This document shows, one piece after another, positions 1 to 13,044 of a DNA stretch of 64,000 nucleotides. Source of the stretch: Octopus sinensis (taxonomy: Eukaryota). How positions within the stretch are numbered: position 1 is the stretch's first letter; each line of letters opens with the position of its first letter. Location: positions 101,060,001 to 101,124,000 of the forward strand of contig NC_043003.1 in assembly GCF_006345805.1 (NCBI RefSeq), written 5' to 3'. A program made the position numbers and the translations under genes. The notes beneath the pieces are model-generated. The model was not told where the DNA came from. It worked only from the letters and a program-made list of their open reading frames with translations, and did no database searches.

Positions 1-116
1 ATGGATCCTGGACTCAATCAGTTCAACTAAAGGCAGTGCTTGAACATGGCTGCTGTCACAATAAAAACAATAAAAAGCTATTCCATTTTAATCCCAATGT
101 CAGGTATATCTCTCTC

Positions 117-512
117 TTTTTTACTCTTTTACTTGTTTCAGTCATGTGACTGGCCATGCTGGAGCACCGCCTTTAGTCGAGCAAATCGACCCCAGGACTT
201 ATTCTTTGTAAGCCTAGTACTTACTCTATCGGTCTCTTTTGCTGAACCGCTAAGTGACGGGGACGTAAACACACCAGCATCGGCTGTCAAGCAATGCTAG
301 AGGGACAAACACAGACACATAAACATATACACACACATACATATATATATATACTACAGGCTTCTTTCAGTTTCCGTCTACCAAATCCACTCACAAGGCT
401 TTGGTCAGCCCGAGGCTATAGTAGAAGACACTTGCCCAAGATGCCACGCAGTGGGACTGAACCCGGAACCATGTGGTTGGTTAGCAAGCTACTTACCACA
501 CAGCCACTTCCG
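117..512 (-). mobile_element. tRNA-derived CORE-type SINE (octopus OR-like family), copy 1
   Basis: Minus strand starts GGAAGTGGCTGTGTGGTAAG (A box), then GGTTCAGTCCC (B-box-like), then CTTGGGCAAGTGTCTTCT (CORE-like). A near-identical copy lies at 34915-35311. Confidence 0.85.
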
Positions 513-734
513 CGCTTATCTGCTAGTATTTTATTAAGTTATTTATTCAAAACAGTAATGTGTGATTTGAATGCATTTTAATTACTTTTACTACCATGTT
601 GTGCAGTTGTGTAGAGCTGCATGCTTTTGTTTGATTCATTTTGGCATTAAAGAATTGTGCATGTAACCAATGAATTATTCATTCAAGCAATAGATCCATC
701 AATCAAATTTTATCTAATTATTTATTATACTTAC

Positions 735-902
735 ACCTGTTGACATACATTTTCTCTTTTCTATTCATTTTGTGGCAGGTATTTTTTGTCTTTTGTTGAT
801 ACCATTCCTCTATTCGTTGTATGTTTACTTTGGAGTATACGTATGAATCAAGGAATTCAGGGTTCTCATTCAGAAATTTTATCATATTTTCTTTTTTCCA
901 TT
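735..902 (-). CDS. PDE10A: Internal coding exon, N-terminal region of a GAF-domain cyclic nucleotide phosphodiesterase (PDE10A-like)
   Basis: Acceptor TTTTTCTTTGTCAACAG at 903-919, donor GTAAGT at 734-729, 168 nt, phase 1-1. Encodes WKKENMIKFLNENPEFLDSYVYSKVNIQRIEEWYQQK, resembling the PDE10A segment [32 protein letters not shown] (recalled, not searched). The GAF and catalytic domains lie outside the window, so PDE5/6/11 is not excluded. Confidence 0.6.
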
Positions 903-1339
903 CTGTTGACAAAGAAAAATCAACCATATTGGTAAGCCAATAATTGTGAATTTTTTTCTTCTGAAAATCAGAATAAGTAGAATGTGAAAATTCATTTTCA
1001 TATACTGGAATAATAATGATGGTGGTTGTGTTCTAACATAAGCACAAAGCCTCAAATCAATCAAATTCTAAGACATTAAAACACAGTCAAATACACAACC
1101 TTTCCAAATCAAAATAATGCATTTCCAACAAAATAAGGCATTTCACATCCAACATATTCTACAAAAGACATGAAACATTAAATAACACCGGTACTAATAA
1201 TCCAAATCTAAAAACAATGCAATTCTGTATAACAGAATTTTACATTCCACCTCACCCCTACACAAAAATTATGTGCATACCTCTGGAACATGGAAGTAGA
1301 CTTGGTGGTGCTATAGATACTTGCATAAAACATATTTCT

Positions 1340-1710
1340 CTTTGATTTAAACACAAGGACAGAAATTTTGAGGAGAGAGGATTAGGTGACACCATTAACC
1401 TCAGTACATAGCTGGTACTTTATTTTAAGGTGGCGAGCTGGCAGAAACGTTAGCACGCCGGGCGAAATGCTTAGCGGTATTTCGTCTGCCGGTACGTTCT
1501 AAGTTCAAATTCAGCCGAGGTCGACTTTACCTTTCATCCTTTCGGGGTCGATTAAATAAGTACCAGTTACGCACTGGGGTCGATATAATCGACTTAATCC
1601 CTTTGTCTGTCCTTGTTTGTCCCCTCTATGTTTAGCCCCTTGTGGGTAGTAAAGAAAGATGAAAGGCAAAGTTGGCATTGACTGTATTTGAACCTAAAAT
1701 GTAAAGAGCA
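1340..1710 (-). mobile_element. Old decayed SINE split by the younger SINE at 1427-1657
   Basis: CTGGTACTTTATTTT (1412-1426) and GATGAAAGGCAAAGTT (1658-1673) are adjacent motifs in intact minus-strand copies such as 44040-44100. Confidence 0.6.
1427..1657 (+). mobile_element. tRNA-derived SINE (Meta-like central domain, Tx1-like tail)
   Basis: Head GGTGGCGAGCTGGCAGAAACGTTAGC...GTTCAAATTC, central GGTCGACTTTACCTTTCATCCTTTCGGGGTCGA, tail GTCCCCTCTATGTTTAGCCCCTTGTGGG. Copies at 43951 and 46468. Confidence 0.85.
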
Positions 1711-1769
1711 AAAAGATATACAGTGAGGTTATATATCTGATACCAATCCACTTCAACAACAGCACCGCT

Positions 1770-1922
1770 CCCAGTGTTTCACTGGTACTTAATTTAATGA
1801 TCCTGAAAGGATGAAAAGCAAAGTCAACCTTGGCGGAATTTGAACTCAGAACATGAAGAGGGACAAAATGTCACTAAGCATTTCGCCCAGTATGCCAACG
1901 AGTCTGTCAGCTCACCACCTTA
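1770..1922 (-). mobile_element. SINE of the same head/central family, decayed
   Basis: Reverse complement of the head and central domain of 1427-1657. Confidence 0.75.
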
Positions 1923-1939
1923 AGCAATAATAATAATCC

Positions 1940-2150
1940 TTTCTAATAAAACACAGGCCAGAAATTTTGGGGGAGGGGATTAGTCAATTACATCAAGACC
2001 CAATGTTTCACAGGTACTTAATTTATCGACTCTGAAAGAATGAAAGGCAAAGTCGACCTCAGTGGAATTTGAACTCAGAATGAGAAGACAGACTAAATAC
2101 TGCTAAGCATTTCACCTGGCATGCTAGCATTTCTGCCAGCTTGCCACCTT
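1940..2150 (-). mobile_element. SINE of the same family with an alternative (type B) tail
   Basis: Same head and central domain, but the tail reads CTAATCCCCTCCCCCAAAATTTCTGGCCTGTG. Confidence 0.75.
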
Positions 2151-2169
2151 AATAATAATAATGATGATG

Positions 2170-2237
<68 letters not shown>
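2150..2237. repeat. (AAT)n microsatellite
   Basis: Direct reading. Confidence 0.95.
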
Positions 2238-2238
<1 letters not shown>

Positions 2239-2488
2239 TCTTTTATTGGCCACAAGGGCTGACAAAAATCAATTATTACATAAAGGGACAAAACAGGACG
2301 AAAGGTTACAAAGGGTTTTGTCCGTTTGTGAAAAAATCCGAGTAAAGAAGCAGTTTAACAACGAAAAACTCCCAATAGGGGGAGGCATTACGAAAGGTTC
2401 CTGGTGGAAAAAACCCATAAAAGCCAACGGGAGACTGGTCAAAAGTGGGGTAGAGAGCCCCGTTCTCCTTTTATATTACCTTTTCAAA

Positions 2489-5400
2489 TCACAGGTGTAA
2501 CCTCAGAATGGCTCCTTTCATACTAGCCATTCTTGCGACATTTATCCACCTTTCAGCAAACATGCTATCGGACAGCACTTCCCTCTCTACTCTCACTTTC
2601 CTTTTCAAGTGGAACTTGAAAAAGTTGATGAGGCCTGGGTCAAAGAGGAAAGTGTCTGACCTTAGCCCTTTCAAACGGGTCCACCATACAACCTCTTTCG
2701 CTACAGCCACTAGGCAAAGGAAAACCGCCTTGCCCTCCCGGTTAAAGGAGGTCGGCGGGGCAATCCTCACTATGGATTCAGCTGATAGCCGGATCCATCC
2801 TATACGCGACAGTAGCTGTTCAACATAAACCAATAGTTCAGCAATACTCGGACACTGGACAAGCACGTGCAGAACGGTTTCGTCGTCCTGACAGCATCTC
2901 GGCTGACGGCACTTCCGTGCCGGTAGAGTTTATCCCGAACAGGCTGCGCCCCTCGGTAGCACTGCCAGGTGAGTGACCTCTGGAAATTATTCATTGGCCC
3001 CGGCCCGAAAGTTCTTCCGAACAGATTGCTCAGCTCGTTATCGTCAACGCCTAGAGTTTCCCCGAGAAGGTCGTCGCACTTTTCTTCCACTAACCCTCTA
3101 TAGAATGCTAGAGTGGAACTACTACCGATCACATTGCCCGCTTGGCGGAGGGCAGAGAGAGCTTTCTGGGTCTACGTTTGATCCGGGTCTGCAGCTCTGT
3201 CAAAGAGACGAGCTGCGGAAAGTCGCGTCTGACAAAAGACGACCACACCTGTTCACCGTCTAGGAAACGCTTGAGATGTCGTAGCCTGAGCGCATGTCTG
3301 CACATCAGTAACCACGGCATGCCAAGGCCTCCGTTCAGCGGTCGTTGACAGCAGATGGATCACCTGACCAGTAGTACCTGACCCTTCCACAAAAAGTCAA
3401 AGAGCAGGCATACCAGCTTGGCCAACGAGCGGTCGGGACAAGGGACGACGGTCAAGCGGTAATAGATGACGGATGCGATGTACGCATTCGCCACCTCCGC
3501 TCGACCTTTCAGGGACAGCTTCCATTCGGCCCATTTCTGGGTGAGATTGGCCACCCTGCTCGTCACTTCTTCCCAGTTTTTATCCACCTGGAGGTCCGGA
3601 CCGAACCAGACCCCGAGCAGTTTAACGGGTCCGTCTGTCCAGCGCCATACGACGCTGTTGGACGGCATGGACTTGCCTCTCCAGGTGCCTAGTTGCAAGC
3701 CCACGGACTTTTCCGCGTTAATTTTTGCCACTGTCACCACTTCGTATTCGTTTAGCGTCTCACCAATCAGGTCAATGTGCCTGTGGCTCGACACCATTAC
3801 GGTGACGTCGTTGGCATCGGCAGACACGCTGTTTCCACCTCCTAGATCGCACGGGATACCCCTCAAAGACTCCAACTTGCGCAGTAATGGCTCGAGAGTC
3901 AATACGTACAAGAGGGAGGAGAGAGGGCATCCTTGGCAGACTGAACGCGAGATGTCAAATGGCTCCGAAAGGTGACCGTTCACCCGTATCACCGAACAGA
4001 TGTTGCTGTATAAAGCAGCGATCCACCCTCGGAAGACTGGACCGAAGAGGCTGCCTTGAGAACAGCTGCTAGGTATCGATGGTCGACCCTATCGAAGGCT
4101 TTACTCTGATCTAAATTGACCAAAGCCCCACCCGCGCCAGCGTCGTTACCCACCCTCTCTATGGTGTAGCGCATGAGATGGAGAATATCGTGTATCAACC
4201 TGGTCGGCACAGCGCATGTCTGCACCTTGCCAACCAGTTTGTCCACGACAAGCGCCAATCTCTTGGTTAACACCTTGGCCAAAATCTTCAGCTCTGCATT
4301 GAGCAGAGTGATGGGCTGAAAGTTCTCTATAATGTCCCCCTTGTTTGGGTCCTTTCTCAGCAAAGCCACCACTCCTCGACAGACAAAAGCAGGAATTTTC
4401 CCGTTTTGCTGCCTGTTGCCAAGAGGCCCGCAAACAAGTCTGGCATTGAAGTGTAAAGCTCGTAGGGCAGACCATCCAAACCCGGAAATCTACCTCTCAT
4501 GCAGCTTTTCATCGCTTCCTCCAGGCAGATATCGGCCTTTCGCAGCACTCTGCCTCGCTGTCCGAGAGTTGCGGTAGGCCGTCCAGGTACACACCGAAGT
4601 CTGCATCGTTGTCCGTCCCACCGTTCGTCCCAAACAGTTGAGCAAAGTGCCGCTGAAAAACCGCATACATCTGCTTTGGCTCGGAAGCCTCACACCCGTT
4701 CTGGTCCACCAAAAACCGAATGGTCGCTTTGTTGGTCCGCTTCGCCTCCGCTACACAGGCCCATCGAGCGGCCTTAGTCCCCTCCCCGCTTGTTGTTGAT
4801 GATTGCCTCCGTGGTCGCCCGTTTAACTAATAAACTAATCCGGTCTCTGTAGGCTTTGCACGCCATTAACGACGTGTTCAGCTTCCAGTAGCCAGGTCCC
4901 TGTCTATGTAGCCTATCTAAGTCAACCGTACAGATCACAAATTTGTGGTCCATGTAGTCGACTAGGTGGAAATGTGGACATCCTATGCTGTCATTATCCG
5001 CTAGCCTACAGAAGACTCTATTTAAGTACGATCTAGACGACCCGATGCGATTAGTCCAAGTCCTCATTGGCACATTCGGGTTGTCTAGTCGAAACCTGTC
5101 GGACAGCTGAAAGCGTCTGAGCAGGTTGGCGAGGCTCTTGCACCCCCCTCTCCTATCAGAAGCTCTCGTGCCCACCCGATCGAAACGTTCGTCTAAGATA
5201 GCGTTCCAATCCCCGACTAGCACTAGAGTGTGTGACGTTCCTAGGAAAACTTCCAGATGCTTGAAATAATCGGACTGCCCCGCTCCTGTCGGAGCGTAGG
5301 CAGCCAGCAGTCTGAAAGCACCGCCATCACTACCGTCTACGTTGAGGACCACCAACTTACCTTCTGGATCCAGGAAGACTGTCCTTATTTTCAAATCCAG

Positions 5401-5633
5401 GCCCTTCCGAAACAACACCGCAGTACCACCACCGCCCGCTCCTGGCCGACACAGAGATAGAAAAATCTCGTATCCGCCGAAAAGGGCTCGAGTTCCTGCG
5501 GGTCGGAGAGCCTGGTTTCACTAATGGCTGCTACATCCACGCTGTGAGATCTCAGGTCGTTTAACAGGTGGCCCTATTTCCAAGGTGACCCAAAGCCTCT
5601 CACATTTAAGCAACCTAATCTGAGTTTCGCCAT
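2489..5633 (-). pseudogene. Tx1 ORF2 (APE endonuclease + reverse transcriptase), frameshifted
   Basis: MAKLRLGCLNVRG start, AYAP, LVGDWN and SYLNRVF (APE); NFQPITLLNAELKIL, KAFDRVDH, QGCPLS and decayed YADD (DAND) (RT). Split across ORFs 4774-5418, 3989-4372, 3360-3992 and 2489-2866. Confidence 0.88.
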
Positions 5634-5639
5634 GTTTTT

Positions 5640-7427
5640 TAAAAAGGTTCAAAAAGAGAAAAAGGCTTTACTTACTGTTTTTTGGTGGGGTGGCTCCCTT
5701 GTGCTTTTGCACGGGTGTTTCCACCAAGTTTTTGTAGAGTTTTGGGGAGAAATTCTTTCCTAGCGACCCGACATCGTTAGGGAATTTCTCCTTTATTTCA
5801 TTGTATACAGTTGTGTTTATTTTTATTGTCAGAATGTGTGCTGGTGGTGTATTGTGCGTTGGTATGATGAAATTCGAGTAATTTGTCTGAGCTTTGTTTC
5901 AGGTGTGTTACAAGATCTTCATTTTTTGTGTTTATAGCTGTAATGGTGTGTGTGGCAGTAATGGTGGCGAAAGTGTTGTTTGTTGTTGTGAGTGCATGTT
6001 GTTGTTGATTTGAGGAAGCTATATTTGTTCGTGCTTCCCCTGTGTTTCGTGTGTGTCTTTTTGTTTTTTCCGTCTCTTCTTTTTGGGTGGCACAGTTTTC
6101 CACTCCCCTTTCTCGCTATCAGTGCTCGCACAATCCGAGCTTACCTGATCCAGAAAGGGGACATTTGTCGGGTCTGTTTCAACAGTTTTACCAGTTTGGT
6201 GAAAAATATTATTGTTTGTGGGAAACGGTGATGTTGCTATAGTGGTTGGTGTTGGTGACGATATTGCTGCTTCCTTCTGTGTTGTCTTCCTTGGTGTTGG
6301 TGTTGGTTTGGTGATGGCTGGAGGTGGTGTTGCACTTCGTGGTGTTGGTGATGGTATTGGTGGTGTGGCAACCTTTGGTGTTTCGTGTTGTTGTTGTTGT
6401 TACTGCCGTCTCTTACTTTCTTCCTCCATTTTTTTCTTGTAAATGGGGCAGTCCCTTTTTAGGTGGCTTTCGCTGCTGCAGAGGTAGCATTTTGGCTTTC
6501 GCCCCTCTACAGCAATGTGTAGCCTGGTGCCGTCCGGCAAATTAACGGAATCTGGGATCGTGTTGATGTTTTCTTGCTGAATCTGTGCCAGGAGCAGCAC
6601 TCCCATTCCTGACCAGATCTTCTCCCTTACTCTCCGTACATCCAGAATAGTGGCAGTGTCCTCTATGTCATAGAGGACAGCTGCCACCAGCCAAGATATA
6701 TCGAACTCGGGTGGCACCTGGTCGATTTTTATTATCGTTACTCGCCAGCGAAGGTAAGTTGGGACGAGTAACAAACTTTTGGTTTGCAAGGGCGAAATGG
6801 CATGCGCCCTTGCATCTTCCTCCGTTCAGAAACGAACCTCCACGGTTCCAAAACACTTCCCCTTGGTCACATAGCTCTTTTGGTCCCAAATGGGCTTCAG
6901 AGATATTTCCAGTTGTTGCGATGTGCCGTTTGTAATTTTTTTGTATTTTTTCTCGAAAATTTTATAAATGACTGTTTTTTTCTGGGTTTCATTGATTAGT
7001 TCTTGTGGAGTATTGAGAAAAATGCTATTGCCTTCCTCAATAACACCTTTGCCTTTTTTATGTCTTGCATTGTAACTTTTATTTCCTCCGAAACCTGCTT
7101 AGCGGCGGAGGCAAAAGCGTTACAATTTTGTTCAGTGTTTTCGCTCATGGTGGTGTCTTTGTTATTCATAGGTTGCCCTTCCGCCCTCTCCGGTACTGGA
7201 GCATTAGTGGAGGGAAGAGGAGGGAAATCCTCAATAACGTCAAAAGTGACGTCCTGATTTTCATTCTCATTCCGAACGCTGCACGTGCCGACAGCTTCAC
7301 TCGAAGATTTTTTGTTGTCTTTTATGGCGCGAAGTAGGAGGTTCGGAACCGTTTTTGATGATGTGTGTGTTTGTGGAGGGTGTGGTGTTGGTAGAAGGGA
7401 ACAGCCGACTGCTCTCTTCATAGCCAT
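5640..7427 (-). pseudogene. Tx1 ORF1 (gag-like with zinc knuckle), frameshifted
   Basis: ORF 6400-6789 contains KPKCYLCSSESHLKRDCP (CX2CX4HX4C); it lies upstream of ORF2. Confidence 0.75.
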
Positions 7428-7651
7428 TTTTGTTCAAAAAGTTTGTATAATTTGTACAGTTTTCACAGTTTAAAAATGCAATTTTACCTCTAATGGGGTA
7501 AAATTTTGCCGAGCCAACTAGCTCCACTAGAAGTTAGTTGGCTTGACCACACAAATATCGAAAAATATATAAAGTTTTACAGAAATTTCCAATCAAATTA
7601 GCAGAAAACTTACGGAGCAACTTTACACACGTCCGTCCTTTCAAGAAGAAA

Positions 7652-7686
<35 letters not shown>

Positions 7687-7707
7687 GAAGAAAGAATAAT
7701 AATAATG

Positions 7708-7747
<40 letters not shown>

Positions 7748-7751
7748 CAAT

Positions 7752-7822
<71 letters not shown>

Positions 7823-7828
7823 TAATAG
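7652..7828. repeat. Compound (AAT)n/(AAC)n microsatellite
   Basis: Direct reading. Confidence 0.95.
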
Positions 7829-7829
7829 T

Positions 7830-8415
7830 ACACTGATGCACTACCAGGCAGTGGCTCTCATGGCTTCTGATCTTAACTGATTGGAAGTGTTATCATGTAC
7901 ATGTTTTGTCTTAGTGTAAAAGATGGGCTACAACAAATATTCTGCTCAATACATGCTTGTCAGTTGTTTGATCATAATCAATTAGCATGTCTCTTAGTAG
8001 GTGATGACAAGTGCAACTCTGATCATGAGTAGGAGTAGTGGGAAAACATCATAGCCATGTGTTGAGAGGAATTCTTTGGGGTTTGAATAATTCACCTCTG
8101 GAAACATGAGTGTTTTGTTACTCGGCCTTAAACAAACCTAATTCAGGTTTTGTTTAAGGATGATACGCAGGATGGGCTACTTGAATTAAAAAAATTCTAG
8201 CTCCCCCACCACCATCACTCCTCCTGCAAGATCATGTGCTGTTTGTCTTGATATGAAATAACCATACCATGCACATATGGTTGTGATGCATGTGCCTGGT
8301 GTATCGTTATCAGACAGGTAGTCATGATGGATATATTGGGCTTTGTATATTTGTACTCCAGTGTCACTTTGATAGTGTGTACTACTCTCGCAGTCAATGA
8401 TAATAATAATAATAA
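7830..8415 (+). mobile_element. Non-coding interspersed element ending in an (AAT)n tail (SINE-like)
   Basis: Complex non-coding block bounded by AAT repeats on both sides. Only one copy is in the window, so family status rests on recall. Confidence 0.4.
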
Positions 8416-8539
8416 AATACTTATTTTTATTTAAATGTGACTTGGTCAATGTTGCTAAATTTCAACCTTCTTATTCAATATTTCATTTGCTAAGGCCACA
8501 TGTATTTCATTTCAACCAGCTTCCCTCCTCATTGCATAA

Positions 8540-11320
8540 TGTTTATGGAATGGGGAAATTACTAAAATGCTGGAGCATTTATGTGTGTGGTGTGCAAGAA
8601 GTAAGATGGAGGGAAACCTCTGCTAGATTCCTCATGAATAAGAAACAGAGATTCAAATTTTTGGGGGTAGGCTGGAGTGATGGCATGGGTGGTGAAGGCA
8701 AACTGTTAGCAGAAAAATGGGTAGATAAGATAATTGAGGTAGTCAGAGTGTGATAAGGTAATTAGGCTGAGACTTATCATAGATAAATTAATTGTTAGAC
8801 TTATCTCTGCCTATGCTCCTCAGTCTGCACCAGCTGATGAGCAGAAAAACCAATTCTGTAAGATCTTTTTGCAGACTACCTCAACATGACAGTTATTGTG
8901 GTTGGTGATTTCAGTAGACATGTTGGACAGCATCACCATAGATTCCATGGAGTGCATGGTGGTTATGGCTTTGGCCCTAGGAATGAGGAGGGAACAAAAC
9001 TGCTGGAGTTCTGTGATGCAAATGATCTCACAATCTGAAACACTTTAGAAAACCAGCCAACCACCTGAGCACTTATCAGTCTGGTGGGCACATAAGCCAG
9101 ATTGACTAACTTCTCACCAGGCAACGAGATAGACAGATGCTTGCAAATGCAAAGTCTTTCCCAAGTGAAGAGTGTACAACCCAACATAGATTACTAGTTA
9201 GTGACTTCAGGGTTACAGCTAGACAGACTTGGAGAAATGAACCAACCTGGAAAAGAAGACTATGGAAGCTCAAAGACCCAAAAAACCAACAGAAATTCAG
9301 AGATTTCCTAATAGAAGCTTCTGAGAAAAGAGAGTAAGAGTTGGGGATAATAGCTTAGATGACAATTGGAAGTTCCTGTGGGACAATCTACTGAGGACTA
9401 CAGACCAAATCTGTGGCTGGTGCAAAGTCCCAGCTAGACTGCGGGTGATATGGTGGGGGAAGAATGAGGTAGACAGTGCTATAAAAGCAAAGAGACAGGC
9501 CTGGAAAGATTGGGAAAATGGTGGAAGCAGAGAATTATATCAGGTAGCCCAAAGGAAAGCTAGGTGACAGATTTACATAACAAAAAGGAATAGTAGAAGG
9601 TAAGAGATTTGCAAATGAAGATCAGAGGCATGAGGTGTTCAGGATTGCAAAGCAGTGTACCAGAGAGAATAGAGATGTGGTGGGTGAGAAATGTCTGCAA
9701 ATGTATAATGGTATGCTTGCACTTAGAGACTCAGAGAAGAAAGATACATAGAAGAATCTCAATGAAGGTTACTGAATGTGGAAAATGAATGGGAGGAGAG
9801 TTTTTTAAATATTGAACCAATTGAGCAATCAGCCATCAGAGTTGTTAGCAGCAAAGTAGGCAAGGCAATTATGGATATGGAAACAGAGGAAGTCCCTGGA
9901 CCATCAGGAATCACTGCCAAAATGATTAAAATACTCAGTGGTGTAGGATACAGCCTAGTCACCTGCATAGTTAATCAGATTATTCAGGAAGGCCTCATCC
10001 CTACTGACAGTGTAGTATTATAGTTAGCTACTACATAGTGAAGGCGCATGGCTCAGTGGTTAGAGCGTCGAGCTTACGATCGTGAGGTTGTGAGCTCGAA
10101 TCCTGGACCGGGCTGCGTGTTGTGTTCTTGAGCAAATCACTTTATTTCACGTTGCTCCAGTTCACTCAGCTGTAGAAATGAGTTGCAACGTCACTGGTGC
10201 CAAGCTGTATCGACCTTTGTCTTTCCCTTGGATAACACTGGTGGCGTGGAGAGGGGAGGCTGGTATGCATTGGCGACTGCTGGTCTTCCATAAACAACCT
10301 TGCCCGGACTTGTGTCTAGGAGGGTAACTTTCTAGGTGCAATCCCATGGTCATTCATGACCGAAGGGGGTCTTAACAAGGATAAAGCTACTACAAGGATG
10401 ATGCCTTATGTAGAAGTAGCTGCAGAGGTATCAAACTGCTGGGCCAAGTCATGAAAGTTACTGAGAGAGTTATAGCTTAATTGATTAGAAATAGAATTAA
10501 ACTAATTGAGATGTAGTTTGGTTCTGTACCTAGGAAGAGTAACACAAATACTATCTTCCTAGTGAGACAGCTGAAGGAAAAGTATTTGGCCAAAAGTAAA
10601 TCATTATACTTAACTTTCATCAACTGGGAGAAAGCTTTCAACAGAGTCCCCAGCTCCATTATCTGGTGGTCTCTAAGGAAGTTAGGTGTTATGTACAGTG
10701 GTGTTATAAGTAAGGTGAGGGTCAGCTATGACTGCAGTAATTAATTTAGCATACAAGTAAGGGTTCACCAAGGTTCAGTTCTCAGCCTACTCTTATTCAT
10801 TATATTTCTCCAAGCCATAACAGAGGAATTCAAAACTAGATGCCCGTGGGAACAACTATACACTGATGATTTCACTCTTCTTGCAAAATCTGTAGCAGAA
10901 TTGGAGAAGTTCCAGGTATGGAAGCAAAACTTGAAATCAAAGGACCTAGCAAAGACCAAATTTGTTGTCAGCAAGAAAGCAAATGAGATTCTCTTTCTGT
11001 CGGTTAAATGGCACTGTTCAATATGTAAGAAAGAAGTTAGCAGTAATTCCATTTGCTGCACCCAGCTATGGACACATAAGAGATGCAGTGGAATCACAGG
11101 CAGATTAACAAATAAAGTCATCTTCATATGTGGTAGTTGTGCAAGAACAATAAGCAGTGAGGGCACAGAGGACTTAGACTCTCTAAAATGCCCAGGAGGC
11201 TCTTTTGAAGTAGTATATAGTTTCTGTTACCTAGATAACCAAATTAGCAATGGTGGTGTTGGTGTTCTGAAAGTATTGTTTCTAGAATAAGAATAGGATG
11301 GAGGAAGTTCAGAGAGCTAA
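8540..11320 (+). mobile_element. RTE-clade LINE, decayed (APE + RT + Cys/His finger)
   Basis: VQEVRW, SAYAPQ, GDFSRHVG and QHRLLV (APE); GPSG, RGIKLL, EKAFNRVP, VHQGSVLS and LYTDD (RT). Many stops and frameshifts. Confidence 0.88.
10036..10394 (+). mobile_element. tRNA-derived SINE inserted in the RTE RT, with a 10-bp target-site duplication
   Basis: GGCGCATGGCTCAGTGGTTAGAGCG A box and GCTCGAATCC B box. AGCTACTACA occurs at 10026-10035 and 10385-10394; removing the insert restores IVSYYKDDALCRSSCRGIKLL. Confidence 0.88.
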
Positions 11321-11324
11321 GAAA

Positions 11325-11468
11325 GAGAGTAACATGATTAGATAGAGCAAAAACCAGGCTTTAAAATGATATATAAAGTCAAAGTAATTTAACGAAAATT
11401 AATTTGAAAATATACTATTTAAAATCAAAATTAAAAATCCCACATGAACTTTCTTGACAACCTAATAG
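11325..11468 (-). mobile_element. Isolated left end of the mariner family seen at 24364-25628
   Basis: Reverse complement of 24362-24510, including the TIR TTAGGTTGTCAAGAAAGTTC. Confidence 0.8.
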
Positions 11469-12029
11469 AAAGGAAATTTTGGGCATGCAAGCAAGGCCTG
11501 GAATTTAAGGGCCTTACAGTGAACTTAGCAAACACTGAAGTCCTACTAAATAGGAAAATGGACAAAGGACAGATATTGAACCTCACTGAGATGATAAGAA
11601 ACTGAGACTCCTGGTGATTTGCTATGCTTGAGAAGACACATCAAGCTAAGTAGAAGGAAACACTCATGCTGGTACCATATACAGAGACCCATGCTGGCAC
11701 CAAATAAAAAGAACCTGTGCAGGTGCTGTGTGATAAGCAACTGTATTGGTGCTACATAAGGAAAAGAATTAGTGCTGGCACCACTTAAAAAGCACCCAGT
11801 ACACTGGGAAAATATGGAAAAATACTTCATAACAAAGTTCTCCCCAAAATTGAATGGCTGAAAATATTTCTATAATAATTTGTACTAGATGAAGGACCAA
11901 TTTTGTAAAGTAAATTGTATTAAACACACACACACACACAGTACTATATATATGTACATACACATAAATAAAAACAATCTTTCAGCCAGATTCTCCAACA
12001 GGAATCAAACATTGGATTGAAAGAACTGA

Positions 12030-12140
12030 ACAGTGGTATAGATGTCAACACAATTATTTCTTTTCCCTCTCTTCCTTCTTTCTTCCCTTCTCTTTTCCAT
12101 TGACACTCCTTTCAGATATACAGGCACACACATACATGCA

Positions 12141-12209
<69 letters not shown>

Positions 12210-12697
12210 TCTCTCTCTCTCTCTATCACAAGACAATGATAAAAAGAAATCAAGACAAGTTTTTGAAAAATAACATATTACACCACTTGAAATGACCAGC
12301 AGGGTTTTCCATTTCTAAAAGCCAAGAATCATTTTATATTGAAAGACTGACCAGCTGCAAAGATGTCAACACATTTTTTTTCTTCTTTCTCTCCTCTTTC
12401 CTTTCCTTCTCTTTTCCATTGACACTCCTTTCAGATACACAGACACACACACACACACTCATAAGACAATGATAAAAAAGAAATCCAGACAATTTTTTGA
12501 AAAATAACATTTTACTCCCCTTGAAGTGACCAGCAGGGTTTGCCATTTCTAAAAGCCAAGAATCATTTTATATTGAAAGACTGACCAGCTGCAAAGATGT
12601 CAACAAATTTTTTTCTTCTTCCTCTCCTCTTTCCTTTCCTTCTCTTTTCCATTGACACTCCTTTCAGATACACAGACACCCACGCACACACACACAT

Positions 12698-12744
<47 letters not shown>

Positions 12745-13008
12745 AACTCTCTCTCACACACACACACACACAAGACAATGATAAAAAAGAAATCTAGACA
12801 ATTTTTTGAAAAATAACATTTTACCCCGCTTGAAGTGACCAGCAGGGTTTGCCATTTCTAAAAGCCAAGAATCATTTTATATTGAAAGGCTGACCAGCTG
12901 CAAAGATGTCAACACATTTTTTTCTTCTTTCTCTCCTCTTTCCTTTCCTTCTCTTTTCCATTGACACTCCTTTCAGATACACAGACACCCACGCACACAC
13001 ACACACAT

Positions 13009-13044
<36 letters not shown>

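Larger units (their letters stand above)
2238..7645 (-). mobile_element. Near full-length Tx1-clade (L1 group) LINE, decayed
   Basis: ORF1 with a CCHC knuckle, followed by ORF2 with APE endonuclease and RT motifs. 3' end AATAAAAGAA runs into (TTA)n; the 5' side is also flanked by (TTA)n. Confidence 0.9.

Noticed and set aside
735-960. Longer version of the PDE exon using the AG at 961-962, or initiation at ATG 927
   Set aside because: With the phase-1 upstream donor this acceptor gives an in-frame TGA. The 903 acceptor has a good pyrimidine tract and keeps the frame. It cannot be fully excluded as an alternative start.
7534-7841. Poly-Tyr/Leu/Ile ORFs here and at 36490-36815, 38127-38483 and 59476-59686
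   Set aside because: Translations of trinucleotide microsatellites.
10040-10115. tRNA gene
   Set aside because: A and B boxes are present but there is no acceptor-stem closure; it continues into SINE body and has a TSD. The same applies to the other tRNA-like heads.
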